A DNA stretch of 64,000 bases from an uncultured Chloroflexia bacterium. Lineage in GTDB: Bacteria > Chloroflexota > Limnocylindria > Limnocylindrales > CSP1-4. How positions within the stretch are numbered: position 1 is the stretch's first letter; every line of letters starts with the position of its first letter. The stretch covers positions 154,790 to 218,789 of the forward strand of contig CAVRFU010000013.1 of NCBI GenBank assembly GCA_963720495.1, written 5' to 3'. This document shows, in pieces, positions 40,002 to 49,570 of this stretch. The position numbers and the translations under genes were made by a program. The notes below the pieces were generated by a model. The model was given only the letters and a program-made list of their open reading frames with translations. It was not told the DNA's origin and did not search any database.

Positions 40002-41107
40002 ACCCGGCGGTCGTCCTCCCTGCGCTGACCTCCATCCTGGCCCTCGTCTTCGCGGTCGCCCTGTTCGACCAGTGGCGCGAGCGGCGCGGCGGGTTCCAGC
40101 TCATCTGGACGTTCGGCATGGTCTTCTACGGCGTCGGCGCCGGCTGCGAGGCGATCGCCGCGGCCAGCGGCTGGAACGAGGCGCTCTATCGGACGTGGTA
40201 CCTGACCGGCGCCGTGTGGACGGCCGGCTGGCTGGGGCTGGGGACGACATACCTGCTCGGCCGGACCCGCTTCGGCTACAGCTTCGCGGCATGCCTGTTC
40301 CTGGCCGGGCTGTTCACGTTCCTGGTCCGCAACAAGCCCGAGTACGCCGGCGCCGGCACGCTGCCGCTGCTGTACTTCATCACCGCGGGCATCCTCGCCC
40401 TGGCCGTCGCGGTCGAGACCTACTTCGCCAACGACCGCTGGCCGATGCTGGCGGCCGCGGCCGTGGTCGGAGCGACGATCCTGAGCCTGGTCCTCATGGC
40501 GACCACGACCCTCGCCGCGCCCGGCTACGCGGTCGATCCGGCCACCGGCGCGCCGATCGCGACGCTCTTCCCGCCGTCGCTCCGCCTGCTGACGCCGTTC
40601 ATGAACATCACCGGCGCGTTCGCGCTGATCCTCGGGGCGATCTTCTCGACCTACGTGTTCATGCCCAAGCGCCGCGTGCTGGCCTACTCGCTCGACCCGA
40701 ACCAGCCGGGGGACGAGTTCCTGTTCAACCTGCTCATCGCCCCGTTCGCGATCGTCGTCAACCTCGTGGCGTCCCTGCCGGGCACCGTCCGCGCGCTGCT
40801 CGCGGGCAAGCTCCACAGCCGCGTCCCGGCGACGATCCTCATCGCCATCGGCGCGTTCGTCGCGACGCTCGGCGACACGCTCAGCCGGTTCGGGATGACC
40901 GAGTGGTTCCAGCTCGGCAAGTTCCTCGGCGTCCTGTTCCTGTTCGCCGGCTTCCTCGTCTCGATCGAGGTCTTCCACGAGATCCGGGTGCCGTTCACCT
41001 CGATCCGGATCGGGCGGACCCGGAGCGAGCCGGCCGGCGCGGAACAGCTGGCCGCGGCATCCGAGACGGCCGGCGACCATCCGACCCCGGAGCACGCGCC
41101 GAGCTGA
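39998..41107 (+). CDS. polytopic integral membrane protein of unknown function (369 aa)
   Basis: ATGA overlap with the HTH gene stop. About 10 hydrophobic segments. Uninterrupted. Confidence 0.8.
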   Translation: MNPAVVLPALTSILALVFAVALFDQWRERRGGFQLIWTFGMVFYGVGAGCEAIAAASGWNEALYRTWYLTGAVWTAGWLGLGTTYLLGRTRFGYSFAACLFLAGLFTFLVRNKPEYAGAGTLPLLYFITAGILALAVAVETYFANDRWPMLAAAAVVGATILSLVLMATTTLAAPGYAVDPATGAPIATLFPPSLRLLTPFMNITGAFALILGAIFSTYVFMPKRRVLAYSLDPNQPGDEFLFNLLIAPFAIVVNLVASLPGTVRALLAGKLHSRVPATILIAIGAFVATLGDTLSRFGMTEWFQLGKFLGVLFLFAGFLVSIEVFHEIRVPFTSIRIGRTRSEPAGAEQLAAASETAGDHPTPEHAPS

Positions 41108-41143
41108 CCGGCACGGCTGCCCGCGACGGCCGTCGGCCCTACC

Positions 41144-42172
41144 ATGGCGCCCATGCCTGCCCCGTCCGACCAGCCCCTCCGGCCGCCCGTCGCCGGGTTC
41201 GCGGTCGTCATCCTGGCCGCGTCGCTGTTCGGGACCCTCGGGCCGCTGTCGCGCTTCGCCTATGACGCGGGGATGCAGCCGCTCCCGTTCGTCGCCTGGC
41301 GCGGCGCCATCGGGCTTGCATCGCGACGGCCGTCTTCGTGGCCTGGCGCATCTCGGCCGGCCGCGAATGGCTGACCCGGCTCGGCGACCTCGACCGGGGC
41401 GCCCGGGTCAGCCTGGCGGTGGCGGCGCTGTGCGGGCTTCTTCCTGAACCTGGCCATGTTCATCGCCTTCGACCTGGTGACCGTGGCGCTCGCGCTGCTG
41501 GCCTTCTACACCTACCCGGTCGTCGTGGCCGTGGCCAACGTCGCGCTGGGGCGCGAAGCGCTCGACCGGGCGCGGGTCGTCGCCCTCGTCCTGGCCGTGG
41601 CGGGGATGGTGGCGGTCGTGGCCTCGCAGCTCGACCCGGCCTCGGGGATCCGGCTCGACGCCATCGGCGTCCTCCTGGCCCTCGTCGCGGCGGGCTGCCA
41701 GGCGATCTTCGTGATCATCAGCCGGACCGGCTACCGTGCCGTGCCGGCCTCCCAGGCGATGAGCGTCGTGCTCGCCACGACCGTCGTCTGCAGCCTGGTC
41801 ATCGCCATCGCGACCGGTGCCGGCGAGGCGCTCGCCTACCCGCTCCGCGACCCGTCCGTCCTGCCGCTCCTGGCCTTCACCGGCCTGTTCGCGGCGGCCA
41901 TCCCGTCGATCCTGTTCCTGACCGGCATCCGGCTCGTCGGCGGGACGCGGGCGGGCATCCTCATGCTGTTCGAGCCGGTCGTCGGCGTCGCGCTGGCGGC
42001 GTGGCTGCTCGACGAGGGGCTGGCCCCGATCCAGGTCCTCGGCGGCCTCGCGATCCTCGCCGCGGCGCTGATCCTCCAGCGATCGGCCGCCCCGGGCGAG
42101 CGCACGGTCGTCGCGCCGGCGATCGAATCCGACGCCGTGACGGGCCCGGCCGCGGCCCCCGGCGGGTCCTAG
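41144..42172 (+). CDS. EamA/DMT family transporter; two compensating frame breaks (~41320, ~41437)
   Basis: Ten-TM pattern. FAVVILAASLFGTLGPLS, FFLNLAMFIAFDLVTVALALLAFYTYPVVVA, AAIPSILFLTGIRLVGGTRAGILMLFEPVVGV. Confidence 0.8.
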
Positions 42173-42175
42173 GGC

Positions 42176-42849
42176 GTGCCCGCCCGGATCCGGGTCCTGA
42201 TCGTCGACGACCACGCCATGGTCCGGCGGGGCATGCGCGACTTCCTCGACCTGCACGACGATCTCGAGGTCGTCGGCGAGGCGGCCGACGGCGAGTCGGC
42301 GCTGGACATGGCGGCCGCCCTCCGGCCGGACGTCGTCGTGATGGACCTGATGCTGCCCGGCATCGACGGCATCGCCGCGACCGCCGAGCTGAAGCGCCGC
42401 CAGCCCGAGATCGAGGTCGTGGCGATCACCAGCTTCATCGAGGAGGACCGGATCACGGCCGCGCTGGAGGCCGGGGCGAGCGGCTTCCTGCTCAAGGACG
42501 CCGAGGCGGACGACCTGGCCGGGGCGATCCGCTCGGCGCATGCCGGCGAGGTCTACCTCGACCCGGCCGTGGCCGGGATCGTCGCCCGCCGGATGCGCGA
42601 TGGCGCGGCCGCGGGGCCGGCCGGCGGCGGCGGCACGACCGGCCTGGACGACCTGACGGCCCGCGAACGTGACGTCCTCGCCTGCCTCGCGCGTGGCCTG
42701 TCCAACCGGGCGATCGCGGAGGAGCTCGGGATGGCCGAGCGGACCGCCCGCACCCACGTCTCGAACATCCTGGCCAAGCTGGGCCTCGACCAGCCGGACG
42801 CAGGCGGCACTGTTCGCCGTGGACCACCGCGCCGACCTCGTGTCGTGAC
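42176..42849 (+). CDS. NarL/LuxR-family response regulator; one frame break (~42795)
   Basis: RVLIVDDHAMVR, DVVVMDLMLPGIDG, LTARERDVLACLARGLSNRAIAEELGMAERTARTHVSNILAKLG. Then RTQAALFAV in the second frame, with a GTGA junction to the next gene. Confidence 0.85.
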
Positions 42850-43586
42850 CATCGTGGCCGGGCCGGCGGGCGCCCCGGCCATCGTCTTCGTCCACGGCAC
42901 CCGCCTGACCGGCGCGATGTGGTCCGCCCAGCAGGCCGCTCTCGCCGACGAGTTCCGGACGATCGCCGTGGACCTGCCCGCCCACGGCAGCCGCGCGGCG
43001 GAGCCGTTCACCCTGGACGCCGCCGCGGCCGCCGTCGACGACGCGATCGGCGCCGAGGCGGCTGGGCGCGCGATCGTCGTCGGCCTGTCGCTCGGTGGCT
43101 ACGTCGCGATGGCGCTCGCCGCGCGCGAGCCGGCGCGTGTCCGCGGGCTCGTGCTGTCGGGCGCCACCGCCGAACCGGTCGGGATCCGGATGCTGCCGTA
43201 CCTCGCCCTGGCCGCCGCCATGGACGGCATCGACCCGGACGTCCTGACGCGGCTCAACGCGCGGTACTTCCGCCGTCTCTACCCGGCGGCCATCGCCGAG
43301 CCGATCGTCGCCGGCGGGTTCTGGACGCATGGCGGGGCGGAGGCGCTCCGGGCCCTCGTGGGCGAGCGGTTCCTGCCGCGCCTGGCGAGCTACCCGGGCC
43401 CGACGCTGATCATCAACGGGTCGCGCGACCTCCCGTTCCGGCTCTTCGCGCCGACGTTCGCGCGGGCGGCCCACGACGTGCGCCGGGTCCGCCTGGCCGG
43501 GGCGGCGCCACAACGCCAACCTCGACCGGCCGGCGGCCTTCACCGCGGCCGTCCGCCGGTTCGCGCGGTCGCTCGACGCGACCTGA
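42847..43586 (+). CDS. alpha/beta hydrolase; one frame break (~43507)
   Basis: AIVFVHG, nucleophile elbow GLSLGG. Tail HNANLDRPAAFTAAVRRF in the second frame. Confidence 0.8.
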
Positions 43587-43621
43587 CCGCGCCCGATCGG
43601 GGTGCCTCGAGGACCCGCGGC

Positions 43622-43627
43622 TATACT
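43622..43627 (+). promoter_or_regulatory. putative -10 box TATACT upstream of galU (leadered, RBS TGAGG)
   Basis: TAnnnT hexamer 34 nt before ATG 43662. Confidence 0.35.
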
Positions 43628-43661
43628 GACCGGACCGCCAAGCCCGACGTCCTGAGGTTCG

Positions 43662-44540
43662 ATGCGCGTTCGCAAGGCTGTCTTCCCCGCCGCAGGTTGG
43701 GGCACTCGTTTCCTCCCGGCCACCAAGGCCCAGCCCAAGGAGATGCTGCCCCTCGTCGACAAGCCGATCATCCAGTACGCGGTCGAGGAAGCCGTCGCGG
43801 CCGGGATCGAGCAGGTCATCATCGTCACGTCCAGCCAGAAGCGGGCGATCGAGGACCACTTCGACCTCTCCTACGAGCTCGAGCACCTGCTCGAGGAGAA
43901 GGGCGACATCGAGATGCTCCGGCAGGTCCGGGCGATCAGCGACCTGGCCCAGGTGGCGTACGTCCGCCAGAAGGAGCAGCTCGGCCTCGGCCACGCCGTC
44001 CTGATGGCCAAGGATCTCATCGGCCACGAGCCGTTCGCGGTGATCCTGCCCGACGACGTCGTCGTGGCGGACCGGCCGTGCATCGGCCAGCTGATCCACA
44101 CCTATCACCAGACGCACGGGTCGGTCGTGGCGGTGATGGAGGTGCCGCCCGAGGAGACGAGCCGCTACGGCATCATCGCCTCCGAGCCGTCGGAGGACCC
44201 GCTCGACCACGGCCGGCTCCACCGCGTCACGGCGCTCGTCGAGAAGCCGGAGCCCGGCCACGCGCCGTCGAACCTCGCGGTCATCGGCCGGTACGTGCTG
44301 ACGCCCAAGATCTTCGACAAGCTCGAGCAGACCCAGAGCGGCGCGGGCGGCGAGATCCAGCTGACGGACGCGATCTCGGCGCTGATGGAGGAGCAGCAGG
44401 TCTTCGGCTACGAGTTCGAGGGCACGCGCTACGACGCCGGGACGACCATGGGCTGGCTGAAGGCCTCGGTCGAGATCGCGCTCCTGCGGCCCGACCTGGG
44501 CGCGGAGTTCCGGGCCTATCTCCACGGTCTCCAGCTCTGA
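43662..44540 (+). CDS. galU: UTP--glucose-1-phosphate uridylyltransferase
   Basis: KAVFPAAGWGTRFLPATKAQPKEMLPLVDKP, VRQKEQLGLGHAV, LVEKP, IGRYVL. Confidence 0.95.
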   Translation: MRVRKAVFPAAGWGTRFLPATKAQPKEMLPLVDKPIIQYAVEEAVAAGIEQVIIVTSSQKRAIEDHFDLSYELEHLLEEKGDIEMLRQVRAISDLAQVAYVRQKEQLGLGHAVLMAKDLIGHEPFAVILPDDVVVADRPCIGQLIHTYHQTHGSVVAVMEVPPEETSRYGIIASEPSEDPLDHGRLHRVTALVEKPEPGHAPSNLAVIGRYVLTPKIFDKLEQTQSGAGGEIQLTDAISALMEEQQVFGYEFEGTRYDAGTTMGWLKASVEIALLRPDLGAEFRAYLHGLQL

Positions 44541-44620
44541 GCCGTCGGGTGGTGCGGTACGATGCCGCCGGCGACGCGGGTGGCCGGAGGGGCCGAAGCG
44601 GCCGCAGCTGAGGGGACGAT

Positions 44621-46322
44621 TTGGCGGAGATCGGACAGGTCCTGGGCGGTCGCTACCGCCTGATCGAGCTGCTGGGCAGCGGCGGGATGGCGACCATCTA
44701 TCGGGCCACCGATACCGGCCTCGGTCGCGACGTCGCGCTCAAGCTCCTGCGACCCGAATACCTCCAGGACCCCGACTTCTCGGCTCGCTTCCGGCAGGAG
44801 GCGCAGGCCGCCGCCTCGCTCAGCCACCCGAACGTCGTCACCGTCTACGACTACGGCGAGGACCCGAGCGGCCCGTTCATCGTCATGGAGCTGGTCGACG
44901 GTGAGGACCTGGCGACGATCCTGCGCCGGAGCGGGACGCTGCCGCCGCGGCAGGTCGCCCGGATCGGGGCCGGCGTCGCCCGGGCCCTGGCCGCGGCCCA
45001 TGCCCGCGGCCTGATCCACCGGGACATCAAGCCCGGCAACGTGCTGATCGGCACCGACGGCCGGGTCAAGGTCGTCGACTTCGGCATCGCCCGGGCGATC
45101 TCCGAGGCGCAGGTGACCCTGCCCGGGACGACCCTCGGGTCGGTCCACTACTTCAGCCCGGAGCAGGCGCGCGGCGAACCGGCCACGGCCGCCTCGGACA
45201 TCTACAGCCTCGGCATCGTCCTGTACGAGATGCTGACCGGCACGCGGCCGTGGGAAGGCGACAGCGCCGCCTCGGTCGCGCTCGCCCGCCTGTCCGGCCC
45301 GATCCCGGATCCGATGGCCGTCCGGCCGTCCGTGCCGGCCGATCTCGCCGAGATCACCCGCCGTGCGCTCGCCCTGGACCCGAAGGATCGCTGGGCGTCG
45401 GCCTCGGTCATGGCCGACGCGCTCGAGGCGACCCTCGCCCCGGGTGGCGGCGCCGCGGCGGCCGGTGCCGCAGCCGCGGTGGCCGGCGCAACGGTCGTCT
45501 CCGCCACGGCCCGACCGAACCCCGCGGGCATCCCGTACAGCCCGGACGCCTACGTCGGAGCCGATGGCACGCCGGTCGCGCCCGTCCCGACGCCGCTGCC
45601 GCCGCCCATCGTCGACGAGGACGAAGGGACGAGCCCGCTCGTGTGGGGCGCCGGGTTCGTCGCCCTCCTGCTGCTGCTTGCGATCGCGTTCGTCGTCTAC
45701 CAGCTCGTGTCCGGGCCGGGTCGGACGCCGGTCGAGCAGGTCACGGTGCCCAACTTCGTGGGCATGACCTCGACCGCCGCCGGGCTGCAGGCCCAGAGCC
45801 TCGGGATCACCCTCAAGTCGACCGGTGTCGTGTCGTCGGCCGCGCCCGAGGGCACCGTCCTGACCCAGGACCCGCCGGCCGGCACCAAGGTCGACACGGG
45901 CACGTCCATCGACATCACGGTCGCCACCGGACCGGGCACCGTTCCCGTGCCGGACCTGCGGTTCAAGGATGATTCGGGCGCGCTCCAGGCCATCTCCGAC
46001 GCCGGGCTCCGGGTCGGGGTGCGGACCGAGGAGTTCGATCCGACCGTGCCGGCCGGGCAGGTCGCCCGCCAGAACCCGACCGCGGGGATCGTCGTCGCCA
46101 AGGGCACAGCGGTCGACTACGTCATCTCGAAGGGTCCGGAGCCCAGCCCGTCGCCCAGCCCGACACCGAGCCCGTCGCCGACGCCGGTCCCGACGCCCGT
46201 GCCGACCCCGGTCCCCACGCCGGTCCCGACACCCGTGCCCACGCCCGTCCCGACACCCGAGCCGACACCGGTCCCGACGCCCGACGCCGACACCGGTCCC
46301 GACGCCCACGCCGACACCCTAG
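44621..46322 (+). CDS. Ser/Thr protein kinase with TM, two PASTA domains and Pro-Thr repeat tail; probable frame break in the tail (~46275)
   Basis: TTG 44621 after GAGGGGA. GSGGMATIY, VALK, HRDIKPGN, DFGIA, SPEQ. PASTA-like VPNFVGMTSTAAGLQAQSLG and VPDLRFKDDSGALQAISDAG. Tail PTPVPTPVPTPV.... A TAG at 46320-46322 is reached in the alternative frame. Confidence 0.9.
46136..46319 (+). repeat. Pro-Ser/Pro-Thr-Pro-Val coding tandem repeat (CCGACNCCNGTN units)
   Basis: Visible 12-nt periodicity at the 3' end of the kinase gene. Confidence 0.8.
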
Positions 46323-46337
46323 GCCGACGGCGGCGGA

Positions 46338-46716
46338 TCAGCCGCGGCGGTCGCTCGCGCGCAGGCGCTGGATCTCGACGCCGGCGTAGTCGAGCGGGCC
46401 GCCCAGCTTGACCTCGGGCTTGCGCACCCTGACCGTCACCTCGCCGACATTGAAGTCGACAAGCAGCTCGTGGCCGATGGCCTCGGCCAGGGCCTCGAGC
46501 AGGCGGTACGACGTCGATTCGACGATCTGGCGGACCGCGCTCGTAGACCTTGCCGTAGTCGACCGACTTCTCGAGATCGTCGTCGACCCCGGCCGGCTGG
46601 AGGTCGAGGACGAGCTCGACGTCGACCTCGAACGGCTGGGGGGTCACCATCTCGTGCTCGTAGTAGCCGTGCCGGCCCTGGAACTGCATGTTCGAGAGGA
46701 CGATGCGGTCGGTCAG
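46338..46716 (-). CDS. folB: dihydroneopterin aldolase; one frame break (~46538); start codon unclear
   Basis: DRIVLSNMQFQGRHGYYEHEMVTPQPFEVDVEL. Then VRQIVESTSYRLLEALAEAIGHELL...VTVRVRKP in the second frame. Only CTG (46714-46716, overlapping the folP stop as CTGA) or the internal ATG 46689 is available as a start. Confidence 0.8.
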
Positions 46717-47645
46717 CTGGGGCCTCCTTCCAGGGTCCAGGGTGAGCCCGTGCCACGGACGACGGCGTCGCTCATGCGGGCGGCTCGGACGTTCGCCTCG
46801 ACATCGTGGACGCGGACGATGTCGGCGCCGCCGGCGATCCCGAGCGCGGTCGTCGCCAGCGTCGCCTCCAGGCGCTGATCGGCCGGCAGCCCGGTGACGC
46901 GACCGAGCGTCGACTTGCGGCTGGTGCCGAGCAGGATCGGCCGGCCCAGGACGCGCAGGCGGTCGAGCTCGCGGAGGAGCTCCAGGTTGTGGTCGGGCGT
47001 CTTGCCGAACCCGAAGCCCGGGTCGACGATCAGGTCGGCCCAGGCGACGCCGAGGCGGAGGGCCCGTTCGATCGCGCGCTGGAGGTCGGCGATGACCTCG
47101 GCCATGAACGACGTGTAGCGCGCCTCGGCCCGGTTGTGCATGACCACCAGCGGGACGCCGTGGTCGGCGGCGAGGCGCGCCAGCGCGTCGTCCTCGCCGA
47201 CGCCCCAGACGTCGTTGATCAGGTCGGCGCCCGCCGCGAGGGCCGCCTCGGCGACCGACGGCTTGGTCGTGTCGATGCTGATCGGCGTGTCCGGCAGGGC
47301 GGCCCGTATGGCCGCGATGATCGGGACGACCCGGGCACGCTCCTCCTCGACGGGCACGTCACGGTGCCCCGGCCGGGTCGATTCGCCCCCGACGTCGAGG
47401 ATGTCCGCGCCCGCCGCGATCATCGCCTGCCCGGTCGCGACGGCCGCGTCGCGCGGGTCGCCCGCGGCCGGGTCCGACAACAGGCCGTCGCCGGAGAAGG
47501 AGTCCGGCGTCGCGTTGAGGATGCCCATGAGGTAGGTGCGCTCGCCCCAGGAGAACGTCCGCGGTCCGATCCGCGTCTCTCCGAGATCGCGCCGATCGAG
47601 CGGAGCACGGACGGCTGCATCGTCGTGGCGGGCCGGATCGGTCAT
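46713..47645 (-). CDS. folP: dihydropteroate synthase
   Basis: MGILNATPDSFSGDG, ILDVGGESTRPG, SIDT, INDV, DPGFGFGK, GTSRKS. ATGA overlap with the folC stop. Confidence 0.9.
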   Translation of the reverse strand: MTDPARHDDAAVRAPLDRRDLGETRIGPRTFSWGERTYLMGILNATPDSFSGDGLLSDPAAGDPRDAAVATGQAMIAAGADILDVGGESTRPGHRDVPVEEERARVVPIIAAIRAALPDTPISIDTTKPSVAEAALAAGADLINDVWGVGEDDALARLAADHGVPLVVMHNRAEARYTSFMAEVIADLQRAIERALRLGVAWADLIVDPGFGFGKTPDHNLELLRELDRLRVLGRPILLGTSRKSTLGRVTGLPADQRLEATLATTALGIAGGADIVRVHDVEANVRAARMSDAVVRGTGSPWTLEGGPS

Positions 47646-48983
47646 GAGGCCTCGGGCTCGGGGTCGCGCAGGATCGGGTCGTCGACCAGATGTGCCCGCA
47701 CGGCCCCGACAAGATAGAGCGAACCGGCCACCAGAACCGGTCCCGAGCGCTCGAGCGCCGCGTCGAGGGCGGCGATCGGATCGGCTTCCACGAGCACCGG
47801 ACCGGGACGGAGCGCCCGCCACCGGGCGGCGAGCTCGGAGGCCGGCAGCGCCCGCGGCACGTCCAGGCTCGTGCAGATGACCGTCGCATCGGCCAGCGCC
47901 CCGGACTGCGGCGAGCGCCCGGACGACGCCGTCGACATCCTTGTCCGCCATGGACGCGGTCACGAGGCTGACCGGCCCGGGCGACAGGTGCGGCCGCAGG
48001 TCGTCCAGGGACAGGGCCAGGGCCGCGGCACCGGCCGGATTGTGGGCACCGTCCAGGAGCACGTCGCGGTCACCGACGCGCAGCAGCTCGAGCCGGCCGG
48101 GCCAGACCGCGGCCGCGTAGCCGCGCCGCCGGGCGTCGGGCGGGACGGACGCGATCCCCGCGGCCTCCAGTGCGTCGAGCGTCGCGTCGGCGATCGCGGC
48201 ATTGGCCGCCTGGTGCCGTCCGCGCAGCCCGATCCGGGTCGGACCGAGACGGGGCAGGTCCACCTCGATCCCGTCGCGGTCCCAGCCCAGGAGCGCGGCC
48301 GGTCGGGCCTCGGTCAGCGGCACGCCCATCCGACGCGCGCGCCGGCGGATGACCGCCAGCCCGTCACCGTCGGCACCGGTCACGGCCAGGTCACCGCGCT
48401 CGATGATGGCCGCCTTCTCCCGGGCGATCTTCGTGACCGTGTCGCCAAGCCGGTCCATGTGATCGAGGTCGACGTTGGTCACGACCGCCACGCCGCCGTC
48501 CCAGACGTGGGTCGCATCGAGCCGGCCGCCGAGACCGACCTCGACCAACGCGACGTCCGGACGGACCTCGGCGAAGCGCGCGAAGACGACGGCGGTCAGC
48601 AGCTCGAACTCGGTCGGGTCGCCGTACCGGCGGGCGACCCGGTCCGCGACGGCAAGCACCCGTCCGACGAGCCGGGCGAAGTCGTCCGCGGCGATCGGCT
48701 GCCCGTCGACCTGGATCCGCTCGCGATACGTGACGAGGTGCGGCTTCGGCGTGGACCCGACCCGATGACCGGCCGCCCGGAGCGCCGCCTCGGCCAGGGC
48801 GAGGACGCTGCCCTTGCCGTTCGTCCCGGCGACGAGCGCGCCACGGACCGTGCGCTCCGGATGATCGAGCTCGCGCAGCAGGGCCCTCGTCCGGCCGAGC
48901 CCGAGCCGGATGCCGAAGCGGCCGCGCTCCGCCAGCGCGCGCAGGGCCTGCTCGTAGGTCAGACCGGCGGGCGGCTCGGTCAT
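47642..48983 (-). CDS. folC: bifunctional folylpolyglutamate synthase/dihydrofolate synthase; one frame break (~47900)
   Basis: VAGTNGKGS, VEVGLGGRLDATH, TNVDLDHMDRLG, DGAHNPAGA. C-terminus LADATVICTSLDVPRALPA...LVAGSLYLVG in the second frame. Confidence 0.85.
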
Positions 48984-48993
48984 CGCGGGCCGG

Positions 48994-49407
48994 TCACTCG
49001 CGGGTCAGCTCGTCCTCGTAGAAGACGCACTGGTTGAACCGCGGGGTGAGGCACACGTCGTTGACGTAGCCCTGCTCCATGTGGACCCCGCCGCGGAGCT
49101 GGCAGCGCGACGTGTTGGTGTCCTGGCGGATGAGGGCCTTCAACAGGTGCGGCGCCTGGATCGGGATCGCCCCGCGGCTGCCGGTCATGTAGAAGTGGGG
49201 GCAGACGTTCCGGCGGAGGTTCGGCAGGCCGAAGCCGTGCCGGATGGACGCCGGGGCCGTCGATGCGCCGAAGCTGGGCGCCGTGGCGCCGGGACCGGCC
49301 GATGCCGACGGTGTGACCCGGGCGATCGGACCGACCCCGAATTCCGGTCGTCCAGTCGAACCGGACGCTCGCCGTCCAGCTCGTGGATCACGAGCCTGCA
49401 CTCCCAT
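48994..49407 (-). CDS. small Cys4 protein of unknown function (start uncertain)
   Basis: C-terminal ~75 aa is clearly coding (NLRRNVCPHFYMTGSRGAIPIQAPHLLKALIRQDTNTSRCQLRGGVHMEQGYVNDVCLTPRFNQCVFYEDELTRE). The N-terminal Arg-rich part is doubtful. Confidence 0.5.
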   Translation of the reverse strand: MGVQARDPRAGRRASGSTGRPEFGVGPIARVTPSASAGPGATAPSFGASTAPASIRHGFGLPNLRRNVCPHFYMTGSRGAIPIQAPHLLKALIRQDTNTSRCQLRGGVHMEQGYVNDVCLTPRFNQCVFYEDELTRE

Positions 49408-49570
49408 CCCTCAGAGCTTCAGAGGCGAGCGCGACGGAAAGTCGTCACGCGCACGACCGCGCCAGAGTACAACGCACCGCACCATCGCGGAGCGCCGCCA
49501 CCCCGAGCCGCGCGCCAGCGCCGAACGAACATGCAGCCGTTCACCGGTCGCCGTGCGACAATCGCGGGCG

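Noticed and set aside
38664-41107. Integrated element at tRNA-Glu
   Set aside because: No integrase, excisionase-plus-integrase pair, phage or transposase genes are present. I could not find a second copy of the tRNA 3' end (TTCGAATCCCC...) downstream. The HTH protein looks like a BldC-type regulator rather than an Xis.
41408-43828. 806-aa ORF on the minus strand
   Set aside because: It lies opposite the EamA, LuxR-type regulator, hydrolase and galU genes. The composition is Arg/Gly/Asp-rich and no domain is recognisable.
46713-48983. 756-aa ORF suggesting a FolC-FolP fusion protein
   Set aside because: The FolC C-terminus (LADATVICTSLDVPRALPA...LVAGSLYLVG) is in another frame and ends with TGA at 47642-47644, overlapping the folP ATG (ATGA). 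These are two separate genes, with one frame slip near 47900.
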